Of a stretch of DNA of 64,000 nucleotides, positions 1 to 10,358 are shown piece by piece; within the stretch, counting starts at the first letter, position 1, and each line of letters begins with the position of its first letter. Source of the DNA: an uncultured Gemmatimonadaceae bacterium (lineage in GTDB: Bacteria; Gemmatimonadota; Gemmatimonadetes; Gemmatimonadales; Gemmatimonadaceae); assembly GCA_963843845.1 (NCBI GenBank), contig CAWJMB010000003.1, positions 243,297 to 307,296 of the forward strand, written 5' to 3'. Under the pieces are notes generated by a model. That model was not told the DNA's origin and ran no database searches. It saw nothing but the letters and a program-made list of their open reading frames with translations. Position numbers and translations under genes: made by a program.

Positions 1-729
1 CTCCGCCAGGTCGCGCGCATCGATGATCTGCACCGGGTCGAGCGGGGTGCCGGGCGCGAGCACCTCGCCGCCGCGCTGCAACCGCGCCGGCCAGTAGGTG
101 AAGCGGTCGGACAGGTCGCCGGGGCCGACGATGAGTCCCGGGCGGATGATCGTCGCGTGGCCCGGGAACGCCTTCTCCACTTCGCGCTCGGCGAGCGCCT
201 TGAGCGGGCCGTAGAGCCGGCGCGCGTCCTCGCTCTCCGGCTCGGTCGTCGTCGCGAGCGGCGCCGTCTCGTCGGCGTCGGGGGTCGCGTTCGCCGCATA
301 CACGGAGATCGTCGACACGAACACATAGTGCCGCGCGTGCCCCGTGAGGGCCTCGGCGGCCTGGCGCACCCAGCGCGGGAGCGTCGTCGGGTTGTCGATG
401 ACGACGTCCCACTCGCGCCCCTGCAACGACTTGTAGTCGCCGACGGCGCGATCGCCCTGCAGCTTCTCGACGTTCGGGAAGAGCCCCGGGTTGGTCTGGC
501 CGCGGTTGAACAGCGTGACGGTGTGGCCGCGCTCCATCGCGTAGCGCACCTGGTGCGGGCCGATGAACCCCGTGCCGCCGAGGATGAGGATGCGTTTCGG
601 CGCGCCGCGGGTCGCGCTGGCGAGCGGCGCGCCGACGAGCGGCGCGCCGGCGAGCGACGCACGTGGATCGAGCAGCAGCGTGCCGCCGGCGAGTCCGGAG
701 GCTCTGAGGAACGTGCGGCGAGTGATCAT
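1..729 (-). CDS. NAD-dependent epimerase/dehydratase (isoflavone-reductase-like SDR) with twin-arginine signal; runs off the left edge
   Basis: Manual translation from the ATG at 729: MITRRTFLRASGLAGG (Tat-like RRTFL), then KRILILGGTGFIGPHQVRYAMERGHTVTLFNRG (Rossmann GxxGxxG) and a YGPLKA (YxxxK) motif. Start overlaps the upstream stop (ATGA). Not in the ORF track because it has no stop in the window. Confidence 0.85.
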   Translation of the reverse strand, partial: MITRRTFLRASGLAGGTLLLDPRASLAGAPLVGAPLASATRGAPKRILILGGTGFIGPHQVRYAMERGHTVTLFNRGQTNPGLFPNVEKLQGDRAVGDYKSLQGREWDVVIDNPTTLPRWVRQAAEALTGHARHYVFVSTISVYAANATPDADETAPLATTTEPESEDARRLYGPLKALAEREVEKAFPGHATIIRPGLIVGPGDLSDRFTYWPARLQRGGEVLAPGTPLDPVQIIDARDLAE

Positions 730-2108
730 GGCGACACCGGGAGCGGGAGCGAGGAAGCGACGACGAACTGCTGGCGCCGCTCGTGTGCGCGGCCGAGCCA
801 GACGGCGAGCATCATCCACGCGAGCGAGACGGGCACGGCGACGAACGCGATGCGACTCAGGCCGAGCCCCATCGACGCGAGTCCGGCGTACGTCCACGCC
901 GAGAGCTGGTCGCCGCCTCGGTAGATGAACGTCTCGATGAAGCTCTTCGCCTTGTACTTGTCTTCGCGCGGCACGACCGTGAACAGGGTCTCCATGGCCG
1001 GGTTCGTGAGCGAGAAGTTCGACGCGCGTCGCAGCACGGTGAACACCGTCAGCGTGGCGAACACGGGGAGCGCGCCGAGCACGCCGAAGCCGATCGCGGA
1101 GAGGAGCGGGAGGACCGCGAGCGTCGCCGTCAGCCCGATCCACCGGATGATGCGCGCCGTGAAGAACGTCTGCGTGACCACGGTGAGAATCTGTGCCGCG
1201 AGCTCGAGTTGGGCGAGCACCGCGGTGCGTGCGGCGCGGTCGGCGTAGGTGCGGCCGACGATGTCGCTCTGCTGGAAGTAGAGGAACGTCGAGCCGAGCG
1301 AGTAGAGCGCGAGGAACGCGGCGATGCCGAAGAGGTACGGCGAGCGAAAGACCCGCGTGAAGCCGCTCGTGATCCCGCCGCCGACCGCCGCGTCGTCGTC
1401 TGCCTCCGCCGGTGTGTCGCGGGTCGCGGTCGACTGGATCGCGTGCGTCGACTGCGACGCGTCCGCCGACGCGGGGTCTGGTGCGAGCCGCGGGAAGCGT
1501 GGAAAGCGCGCCGCACAGAGCACGGCGCCCTGCAGGAGCGCCGCCGAGACGAGGAGCAGGTTCACCGGCCCGAGCGTCCGGGCGAGCGTCGCCGTGAGCG
1601 CCGAGCCCGTGATCGAGCCGAGCGTCCCGCCGACGCCGATGACACCGAACAGGCGCTTCGCCTGATCGCTGCGAAAGGCGTCCGCCATCAGGCACCAGAA
1701 GATCGACGGCCCGAAGAAGGCCAGCACGCTCGTCCACACGTAGAACGTGCGCCCGCTCCACACGTCGGCCGGCGAGCCCGCCTGCGCCGCCGCGGCCCGC
1801 ATGACGACGTAGAAGATCAGCAGGTTCGCCGCGAACAGCTCGAACATGATCGGCACGAAGCGGCGCGCCGGAAAGCGGACGACGAGCGCGGCGAACACCG
1901 GGTTGAACGCGAGCGTCGCGGCGAGCGTCCCGGCGAACAGCCACGGAAGCTGCTGCACCCCCGACGCGGCGGCGACGGCGTCGCGGATCGGGCGGAGCAC
2001 GAAGTACGCGCTGAGCACGAAGAAGAACAGCAGGAACGCGGCGACGGTCGCGGCGCGCTCGTCATCGCGGACGTCGACGCGTCGCCGGAGCGGGAGATCG
2101 AGGGGCAC
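726..2108 (-). CDS. MFS transporter, TLC / ATP:ADP-antiporter-like (NTT) family
   Basis: 460 aa with about 12 hydrophobic segments. Family motifs AYFVLRPIRDA, FWCLMADAFRSDQAKRLFGVIGVGGTLG and REDKYKAKSFIETFIYRGGD. Confidence 0.85.
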   Translation of the reverse strand: MPLDLPLRRRVDVRDDERAATVAAFLLFFFVLSAYFVLRPIRDAVAAASGVQQLPWLFAGTLAATLAFNPVFAALVVRFPARRFVPIMFELFAANLLIFYVVMRAAAAQAGSPADVWSGRTFYVWTSVLAFFGPSIFWCLMADAFRSDQAKRLFGVIGVGGTLGSITGSALTATLARTLGPVNLLLVSAALLQGAVLCAARFPRFPRLAPDPASADASQSTHAIQSTATRDTPAEADDDAAVGGGITSGFTRVFRSPYLFGIAAFLALYSLGSTFLYFQQSDIVGRTYADRAARTAVLAQLELAAQILTVVTQTFFTARIIRWIGLTATLAVLPLLSAIGFGVLGALPVFATLTVFTVLRRASNFSLTNPAMETLFTVVPREDKYKAKSFIETFIYRGGDQLSAWTYAGLASMGLGLSRIAFVAVPVSLAWMMLAVWLGRAHERRQQFVVASSLPLPVSP

Positions 2109-2290
2109 GGAGCGCGGTCAGGGCACGCGGGAGGGCGGGCGGGGCGAGCGTCGGGGCGTCGGCGGCGGACGACCGACTTCGCCGGCGCGCTCCGCGCCGA
2201 ACGATACGTCTGGGCGCGGCCCGTGAGATAGTCGCGTGTCGCGCGCGAGGGGACAGCGCCGCTGTGCTGCGGTCGCGCCCTCGCGTCGCA

Positions 2291-2545
2291 TCACCGGTCG
2301 ACGAGTGGGTGCCGCACGACCTCGCCGACCAGTGTGTCGCCGCCGATCGTCACGTAGAGCTGCCCGTCCGTGACCGACAGGTCGAACGTCATCCGCCGGT
2401 GCAGCCACGCCGCGTCCGGAGCGCCCACGTCGATCCACGCGCGCAACGCGCCCGTGGGGTCGCGTGCGGCGAGCGGCGGCTCGTCGGGCTCGGTCGGCGC
2501 CGTCGCGTCGTCTCGCCGACCACCGGGACGCGGGTCGCCCGTGGC
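2291..2545 (-). CDS. Possible small hypothetical protein (start uncertain)
   Basis: The C-terminal part of ORF 2291..2821 (ALRAWIDVGAPDAAWLHRRMTFDLSVTDGQLYVTIGGDTLVGEVVRHPL) has globular, non-shadow composition. Confidence 0.35.
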   Translation of the reverse strand, partial: ATGDPRPGGRRDDATAPTEPDEPPLAARDPTGALRAWIDVGAPDAAWLHRRMTFDLSVTDGQLYVTIGGDTLVGEVVRHPLVDR

Positions 2546-2616
2546 ACGAACCGAGCGGAATCGCGGCGCCGGTCCCACAAGTGGTCTCACCACCCGCCAG
2601 CCCAGCGAGGAGCACG

Positions 2617-2913
2617 ATGACGGAGACGACGGACGACCGGTATTTCCACGTCTACGTGCGGTGTCGCCCGCGAGCCTTCCGGGAGCGCGACCTGCGTCAG
2701 CTGATCGAGCACATCGACGAGTGTGCGCGCGACATGCGCACCGACTTGCTCGACGCGTGTCAGTGCCGGGGGCAGCACGCGGCCGACGCCGAAGCGGAAA
2801 CGGCCGCCTGCCTCGAAGCATGCATCCCCGTCTGGCGCGCGCAGCTGCGCCGGGCGTGCTGGACGCTGCGACTCCCCATGCCCGAGGTGTGGGTCGCGGG
2901 CATCCGGATCTGA
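2617..2913 (+). CDS. Small Cys-rich hypothetical protein
   Basis: GAGGAG RBS before the ATG at 2617. 98 aa, MTETTDDRYFHVYVRCRP...ACQCRGQH...ACLEACIPVW, with 7 Cys. Confidence 0.6.
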   Translation: MTETTDDRYFHVYVRCRPRAFRERDLRQLIEHIDECARDMRTDLLDACQCRGQHAADAEAETAACLEACIPVWRAQLRRACWTLRLPMPEVWVAGIRI

Positions 2914-3279
2914 TGTGAGGGATCGCGTCGTCGCGTGAGGCCGCGGGGTGACGCTCGTCCGGACGACACAGCGCCTTCCGTCGACGCGCGCAATGTGCTC
3001 GGCGCCGCCCGTCCGCGCCGCCCGTCGGCGCCGCCCGGACGCTTCGGGGAGCTACGCGAGCACCTCGCCAGCGTCCCCGGTCTCACCCGTCGGCCTCCGC
3101 CGACCTCCGCGGGCGCGTCGTCGCTGGCTCGACCCGTGCCTGTCGCGGCGGGGAGGTCGCGTGCTCCCGCGGCGGCACGCGCCCGCTCGAGCGCGCAACG
3201 GGGGAACGTCGGCCGGGCGGCGTCACGGAGGACGCGTCACCGAGGACAGCGAAGGGATCCAACCCGAGGGCCACGTCTG

Positions 3280-3843
3280 ATGCACACCACTCGTCGACCT
3301 GTGGCGCGCGCGCTCGCCGTCGCGACGCTGCTCGCGCTCGTCGCCGCGTGCCATCGCGGCCGCGAAGCCGGCGCGGACAGTACCGGCGTCCCGGCTGCCC
3401 CCATGAACCCGGAGCCGGCACAGAACGCGTACGCCCCCGCGCTCGGCGTCGACCTCTCGACGTTCACCACGCTGCCGAGCGGAGTGCTGTACCGGGACAA
3501 GACGGTCGGCACCGGGGCCGAGGCGGCGTACAACACGCGCGTGCGCGTGCACTACACCGGCTGGCTCCCGACCGGCAGGCAGTTCGACAGCAGCCGCGAG
3601 CGCGGCGAACGCGATGAACGCGGCACGCCATTCGAGTTCGTCATCGGCGCGCGCGAAGTGATCCGCGGCTGGGAGGAGGGCATCACCGGCATGAAGGTCG
3701 GGGGCCGGCGCACACTGGTGGTGCCCGCCGTGCTGGGCTACGGCCGGCGCGGCTCCCCGCCCGACGTCCCGCCCAACGCGGTGCTCGTCTTCGACGTGGA
3801 GCTGCTGGGCGTGAACGCACCCAACGCACCCGACGCACCCTGA
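3280..3843 (+). CDS. FKBP-type peptidyl-prolyl cis-trans isomerase, lipoprotein
   Basis: Lipobox-like LVAAC. FKBP motifs VHYTGWL, FDSS, VIRGWEEGITGMKVGGRRTLVVP, YG, PPNAVLVFDVELL. Confidence 0.93.
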   Translation: MHTTRRPVARALAVATLLALVAACHRGREAGADSTGVPAAPMNPEPAQNAYAPALGVDLSTFTTLPSGVLYRDKTVGTGAEAAYNTRVRVHYTGWLPTGRQFDSSRERGERDERGTPFEFVIGAREVIRGWEEGITGMKVGGRRTLVVPAVLGYGRRGSPPDVPPNAVLVFDVELLGVNAPNAPDAP

Positions 3844-4169
3844 ACCGTCCCAGCATCCCCGGAGGCGCACCGAGTTGCGTGGGGGCAGCGTTGATGGTGC
3901 GACTGCGTCGCGGTGGCGCGGGTGTCGCGCCCGGCGCTCATGGCGTCACCAGAACTCGCACGCGGCCGGCCGTGCGCGCTGCGCGCCGGGGCAGCGGCGT
4001 GTCCGCGCGGGTCACGTGCGGGCGACTCGCGCGCCGGCCGAGCGCCCGCTCGCCCTCGGCGCGAAACGCGTGGCGGAACGCGAGGCGGGTTGGTGCGCCG
4101 GCGACGCCAATCAGCCGGCGGTGTCGCGTTAGGCATCGACCTGCACGACCGGGTCGGCCCGATCGAACC

Positions 4170-4760
4170 GTGGGCACGTCTACGAGGGGTTCGAGAAGGT
4201 GTGGGAGAGGCTCCGGCCCGAGACGCCGGACCACCGCGCGGATCGGGCCGCGCGCGTGCAGGCCGTGGCCGACCCCGCGGTGGACATGGTGAGGTTCGAG
4301 AAGGCGCGCGTGCGCTGCGCCATTCGCCCTGACTTCATACGCTCGGCCGAGATCGTGGTGATCTCCCTGGGCACTCTGGTCGGGGCGCCGATGCTCCGGC
4401 AGGTCGTGGCGCTGGCGGCGGTCGGGATCGGGGTCACGGTGCTCGTGTACGGGGTCGTCGCCGGGCTCGTGACGCTCGACGACCTGGGGCTGCGACTGCA
4501 GCCGGCCGGCCCGGGCGGCCTACGGTACGCGGTCGGAACGCCCTCCTGCGCGGCACCCCCTTGGGTGATGAAGACGCTCTCGGTCCTCGGCACGGTGGCC
4601 ATGTTCCTCGTGGGCGGCGGCATCCTCGCGCACGGGATCCCGCCGATCGAGCAGCTGCTGCACGGGCTGGGCGGGGCGGTACGCGCGGCGGCCGACGGGG
4701 CGGTCGGGCGTCGCGGCCGGCGCCGTGGCGGCCGGCGTGGTCCACATGGCGCAGGCGCTG
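4170..4760 (+). pseudogene. 5'-truncated, degraded DUF808 (YedI-like) membrane protein remnant
   Basis: Fragments EGFEKVW, DFIRSAEIVVISLG, VYGVVAGLVTLDDLG and MKTLSVLGTVAMFLVGGGILAHGIP match the C-terminal half of DUF808. The N-terminal half is not recognisable. Confidence 0.65.
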
Positions 4761-4917
4761 CGCGGCCGGCGACACGACCCGGCAGCCGGCTGAGGAGCTG
4801 GCCTCACGGTCCTGCGCGGGGGCCGCGCGCCTCCGGCCCTCCGGCCCTCCGGCCTCGCTTGCGCCCTCGCTACCAGACCGTAGCATCCGTCGTCGGCCTA
4901 CTTCTCATGGGGAGCTC

Positions 4918-7900
4918 ATGACGTACTCATCCCGGTGTGCGTGCCACGCGGCGTCGCGCCTCGTCCAGGCGGTGTCGCGCCTCGTCCAGGCGGTCTCGCT
5001 CCGTGCCGCCATCACGTGCGCCGCAATGGTCGGGGCGTCCGCCGCAGTGGCCCAGCCCCTGCCGCGCCTCGAGCCCATCAAGTTCGCGCGGTTCGCGCAC
5101 GTCGCGAACGACGGCACCGTCGCCTTCACCTACCAGGACGACGTCTGGCTGGCCGACGCCGACGGCAGCAACCCGCGCCGGCTCACCGTGCACATGGGCG
5201 CGCGACGTCGCCCCGCGCTTCTCGCCCGACGGGCAGTGGGTCGCGTTCACGAGCAACCGGATGGGGAACAACGACGTCTACGTCGTCTCGGTGCGGGGCG
5301 GGGAACCGCGTCAGCTCACGTACCATTCGGGCGACGACCAGGCGCTCTACTGGACCCCGGACGGACGGGAGGTCGTCTTCACGAGCGCGCGCTCGACGAA
5401 CCCGTGGGCGTCGCCGCTCTACCGCGTGGCGCTCGACGGCACCGTGCCCGTCCCCATGGGCACCGCGGGCGCACGCGCCGGGATGATCAAGCAGGACGCG
5501 ACCATGGTCGCCTACAATCGCGTGCTGCCGACCTACTGGCGCAAGGGCTACCGGGGGAACGCGAGCGGCGACATCGCGGTGCAGAACCTCAGGTCGGGCG
5601 AGGTGGCCGAGATCACCGACACCGACATCCGGCAGTTCCGCGGGCACGTGAACGACGTGCACCCGATGTGGGGCGCCGACGGGATGATCTACTTCGCGTC
5701 CGAGCGCGACGGGACGTTCAACCTCTGGCGCGCCGCGCCCACGGGCGGCCAGCCGCAGCAGGTCACCCGCCACAAGGACGACGGCGTCCAGTTCCCCGCC
5801 ATCTCCCCCGACGGCCGCCGCATCATCTACGAGAACGAGTTCGACCTCTGGACGCTCGACGTCCCGGGCGGGCAGCCGCGCAAGCTCAGCATCGCGATGG
5901 CGCTCGACCCGAAGGACAACGACATCGAGGTGCTGACCGCCGCGAGCCGTGCCGACGGCTTCGCCGTCTCGCCGACAGGCGACTACCTCGCCGTCGACTT
6001 CCACGGTGAGATCGTCATCGTGCCGACCGAGGAGGGCGTGGGAGAGAAGACACAGGTGACGCACTCGCCGTGGCGCGAGCGCGCGCAGCTGTACTCGCCG
6101 GACGGGCGGCGCATCGCGTACGTCTCGGACGAGTCGGGGGAGGAGGAGGTCTGGGTGTACGACCTCGCCACCGGCACGAAGCGCAAGCTCACGACGCACG
6201 AGTCGGTCAAGGCAGATCTGACGTGGGCGCCGAACGGTCAGAAGCTCGCCTACACCGCCGCCAACCGCCTCTTCGAGGTCGACGCAGGGCCGGGCGCCGC
6301 AGGCGGGACGCCACGCGAGCTCGCCCACAACCCGGCCGGCGGCCACACCATCTCGCAGTATTCGGCCGACGGCAACTGGATCGTGTACACGCGCCGCGAC
6401 GACGATCAGAACGCCGACGTCTACCTGTTCGACGTGCGCGCGCGGAAGGAGTACAACGTCACGAGGAACCCGTTCCAGGACGTGAACGGCCGGCTGACGC
6501 CCGACGGCAAGTCGATCGTCTTCACGTCCACGCGCGACGGCGGCGTGCCGCACCTGTTCGTGGCGTCGCTCGCCCGCGCGACCGAGGACCCGAACGACCC
6601 GCTCGTGCGCGAGCGGCTGCGGCGCGCGCAGCAGCGGACCGCGGGCGCGACGCCCGGCGCGGCGCCTAACGCGACGCGCGCGGACAGCGCGCGCGCCGGT
6701 GCCGCCGACAGCCTGGCGCTCCGCGTCGACGAGGAGGGGATCGCGCGGCGCGCGGTGCAGCTGACGCGCGGCACGAGCGGCGCCGGCGCCTTCTTCCTGT
6801 CGCGCGACGGGCGCACGATCTACTTCACGTCGGGCGGCGGTGCGGGCGGCGGCGGTCAGTCGGGTGCCGACGGCGACGACAACCCGGACAGCGGGCTGTT
6901 CGCGATCGGCATCGACGGTCGCGACCGCCGTCGGATCGCCGCGGGCGCATTCCCCGGGATGACGCCGACGATGGACCGCCGCGCGATCTTCTTCCGCCGC
7001 ATGCCGCGCGGCGCGGGCGAGGACGGGTCCGGCGGCTCGACGACCGCGGGTGCAGAGATCTACAAGCTCACGCTCCCCGGCGGCGGGGCCGTCGGCGGCG
7101 CGGCTGGCGGCGCGGGCGCCGGGGCGCCCGCGCCGGCCGGGGCCGCGCGCGGCGCGGGGGAGCGCGTGAGCTTCACGTTCCCGGTGCGCGTCGACCGACG
7201 GGCCGAGTGGAACCAGCTGTTCGAGGAGTCGTGGCGGGTGATGAAGTACCGCTTCTACGACGAGAAGATGCACGGGCGCGACTGGGCCGCGATCAAGGCG
7301 CGCTACAAGCCGCTGCTCAAGTACGTGGGGACCAACGAGGACGTCTACGACCTCGCGAACGAGATGATCGGCGAGCTGAACGCGTCGCACACGGGGGTGA
7401 GCGGCCCGCCGACCCGCCAGATGCCGCGCGCCTACCAGACGCGCTTCCTCGGCTTCGAGATGGAGCCCGTCGACGGGCGCTACCGCGTGTCGCACGTCTA
7501 CCGCGACGGGCCGGCGGACAAGGAATGGCTCGACATCCGGGTCGGCGACTACGTGCTCGCCATCGACGGCCAGGCGCTCAAGGCCGGCGACAACTACTGG
7601 AAGACGCTCAGCCAGACGCTGAACGAGTACGTCCCCGTGCGCCTCGCGCGCTCGGCGTCGGGCGAGGGCGCGCGCACCGTGCGCATCGCGAGCGTCACGT
7701 CACTCACCGACATCAAGTACGAGGAGTGGGTCGCCGAGCGGCGCGCGATCGTCGAGAAGGAGTCCAACGGCGAGCTCGCGTACGTCCACATCCGCTCGAT
7801 GAACCAGCCGTCGCTCGCGCGCTTCCGCAACGAGATCGATCAGTTCGCGAACAGAAAGGCATCGTCGTCGACATCCGCTTCAACGGCGGCGGCAACATCG

Positions 7901-8376
7901 ACCAGGAGCTGATCGACATCCTCGAGCGCCGCCCCTATCAGTACTGGAACCAGCGCACCGGCTCGCGCACGTGGGGGCGCCGCCCGCGCCAGGCGATCGC
8001 GGGACCGAAGGTGATGCTCATCAACCACCGCTCCGGCTCCGACAGCGAGGTGACCCCGATGGGCTTCCGCCAGCTCGAGCTCGGCCGGATCGTCGGCAAC
8101 CCGACGGCCGCAGCGGTGATCGCGACCGGGAGCTACGCACTGATCAACGGCGGCGCGATCCGCACGCCCGGCTCGCTCGTCGTGACCTACGATCCGACGA
8201 AGCCCAACAACTACGGCGTCAACCTCGAGAACTACGGTGTCGCGCCGGACGTCTGGGCGGAGAACACACCGGCCGACGAGATCAAGCAGTTCGACCGTGA
8301 GCTGAAGGCGGCGATCGACGAAGCGATGCGCATGCTGCGCGAGTCGCGGGCACGGATGACGAGCGGGCGGCCCTGA
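4918..8376 (+). CDS. Tricorn-like protease (S41): beta-propellers, PDZ and tail-specific protease domain; frame changes near 5195 and 7855
   Basis: Signal-like N-terminus then AFTYQDDVW, PRFSPDGQWVAFTS (PD40 repeats), FEESWRVMKYRFYD, MIGELNASH, YVHIRSM, IVVDIRFNGGG, SGSDSE, NLENYGVAPD across ORFs 4561, 4937 and 7207. Confidence 0.92.
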
Positions 8377-8463
8377 GCGTGTGGGGCCTGTGCACCGCGC
8401 CACGCTCTGCGGTGCCGGGTCACCTCGGGCTCGTACAGGCCGATCACCCGACGGCGTGCACGC

Positions 8464-9021
8464 CTACCCGCGAGCGACCCAGAGAAAGGCCGCGCCCATC
8501 AGGAGCGCGATCAGTATGAGCGCGACGACGACGAGTCGCACGACGCACCCGCCGAGTGACGAGACGCCGGCGCGGACGACTTCGGCGACGGGGCCGGTGA
8601 TGGGGCCGGTGACGGGGCCGGTGCCGCCGTCGCGCGTCGGCGGCGGCACGGCGGTGACATCCCAGACGTCGGGAGCGCCGCGCTCCACGGGCTCCCGGTC
8701 GATGCGGTCGACGCGGTCGATGCGGTCGACGCGGTCGACGCGGTCGACGCTGGCGCGGTGGTCGGCACTCGTCGTGCGCGGAGGCGGTCGGTGTGAACGC
8801 GGCGTCGGTGACACGAGCGGCGGACGCTCTCGTGGCGCCTCGGGCGCCGGATCGCGGACGAGCGTGGCGCCGCACTCCGGACAGCGCGGGGCGACCAGCC
8901 ACCTGCCCGGGGTGTGGTTGCCGCAGAAGTACCGAACGTTCGCCTCGTGACACGCGTCGCACTCGCCAGCGGTGTCCTGCGGCGTGCCGCACTGCGGGCA
9001 GCGGAAGACGACCGTGCTCAC
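8464..9021 (-). CDS. Double zinc-ribbon protein with Pro-rich linker and C-terminal transmembrane helix
   Basis: GTG start overlaps the phosphatase stop (GTGA). CPQCG...ECDACH...FCGNH...RCPECG, then (DRV/I)n and a P-rich linker, then LGGCVVRLVVVALILIALLMGAAFLWV. Confidence 0.75.
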   Translation of the reverse strand: MSTVVFRCPQCGTPQDTAGECDACHEANVRYFCGNHTPGRWLVAPRCPECGATLVRDPAPEAPRERPPLVSPTPRSHRPPPRTTSADHRASVDRVDRVDRIDRVDRIDREPVERGAPDVWDVTAVPPPTRDGGTGPVTGPITGPVAEVVRAGVSSLGGCVVRLVVVALILIALLMGAAFLWVARG

Positions 9022-10358
9022 GGCGCGTGCTCGGCGTCGAGGCCGGTCGCCGGGTCGCCGCTCGCGTCGGACGCGGCAGGATCGTCGAGCTCTGGGGGGA
9101 ACGCCGCGCGCACGAGATCGTCGGGCAGGTGGAGACGGTGGAGCTGTGGGAGCGCGCCGGGCACGTAGCGCGCGGCGGTCGGCACCCGGACGTACGGCCC
9201 GAAGACCTCGCGCGGCAGGCGCCGCGACATGGCGTTCGGTCGTGAGAAGCGGATGTGCCGCGTACGCCGGGTAGACGGCCCAGCGCTCCTCGATATGGTC
9301 ATGACCGCGGACCATGTGCGTGACCGGCCGGCCAGCCGTGCGGCGAGGGCGCAGAAGTCGTCGAAGTCCTCGCGACCGAACTGACTGCCGCGCGACGCGC
9401 GGTTGGGCATCTTGCGCCGCGCCTTCGGGTGGGCCCGCGTCCACACGAAGTCGGAGAGCACCCGCGGGTCGTTCCAGTCGCCGCCGGCTTCGAGCTCCGC
9501 GGTGCAGGTCTACCAGCGGGAACCCGCCGTGCGACACGAGCAGCCCGTCGGGGAAGAAGAGCGCCCGCGGAGCCGCGGCGAACACCCGGACGGCGAGCCG
9601 GCCGGCGCGCTGCACCCAGGGATCGTCCGACAGCGCGTTGAGCGTGTCGGCGAAGTCGGAGGGCGTGACCGCCGCCGTGAATCGGTCGCCATTCCAGCCG
9701 AGCGCCTCGTCGTGGTTGCCGGCGACGAGGCAGACCGCGGCCGGGTCGGTCAGCGCGAGCTCGGCGATCGCGAAGGAACACCTCGAGGCCGTAGCCGCCG
9801 TCGTCCCAGAGGTCGCCGAGGAAGATGAAGCGCGGCGCCGCGTCGGCGGCGGCCCTGCGCGGCGACCTGGTCGAGCGCGAGGGCGAGCACGCGCCTCGAG
9901 CGCGAGCAGATCGCCGTGCAGGTCGCCGACGATCCACGAGCGGGCGCTCGGCAGCGAGCTCGACGGATGCGGATGGCACGGTCGTCGGGGCCGTCGCGGT
10001 CCGCGTCGAACAGGAAGCCGGGGCCGCCCTCCTGGTCGAGCAAGGCCTCGAGACGCGCGACCGTGTCCGCCATGCGCGCGCGCAGCGGCGCCGGGTCGGC
10101 CGCGCGTCGCAACGCCTCCCAGTCGAGCGTCTCGACCTCGACGACGCCGGCGAACGGCGGTGGCTCGGCGTGGCGGGAGGCGGCGCCGCAGGCCCGGCGC
10201 CGATCGGTGGCAGACGACCGCGATGACGGGCTCCGGCGCGCCGTCGACCGTGCGGGCCTGGGGGCGCGCGAGTGGCGTCGCGGCGCGCGGCCGGCGCGTC
10301 GCGCTCGGCGTCCCTGTCGCTCCCGGGGCCGCCGGGCCGGCGAGTCGTCAGAGCGCAC
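9018..10358 (-). CDS. PPP-family (calcineurin-like) Ser/Thr protein phosphatase; several frame changes; start uncertain
   Basis: Motifs in the expected order across frames: WIVGDLHGD, FIFLGDLWDDG, LVAGNHDE, LLVSHGGFP, LSDFVW, SQFGREDF, MVRGHDH. Confidence 0.85.
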
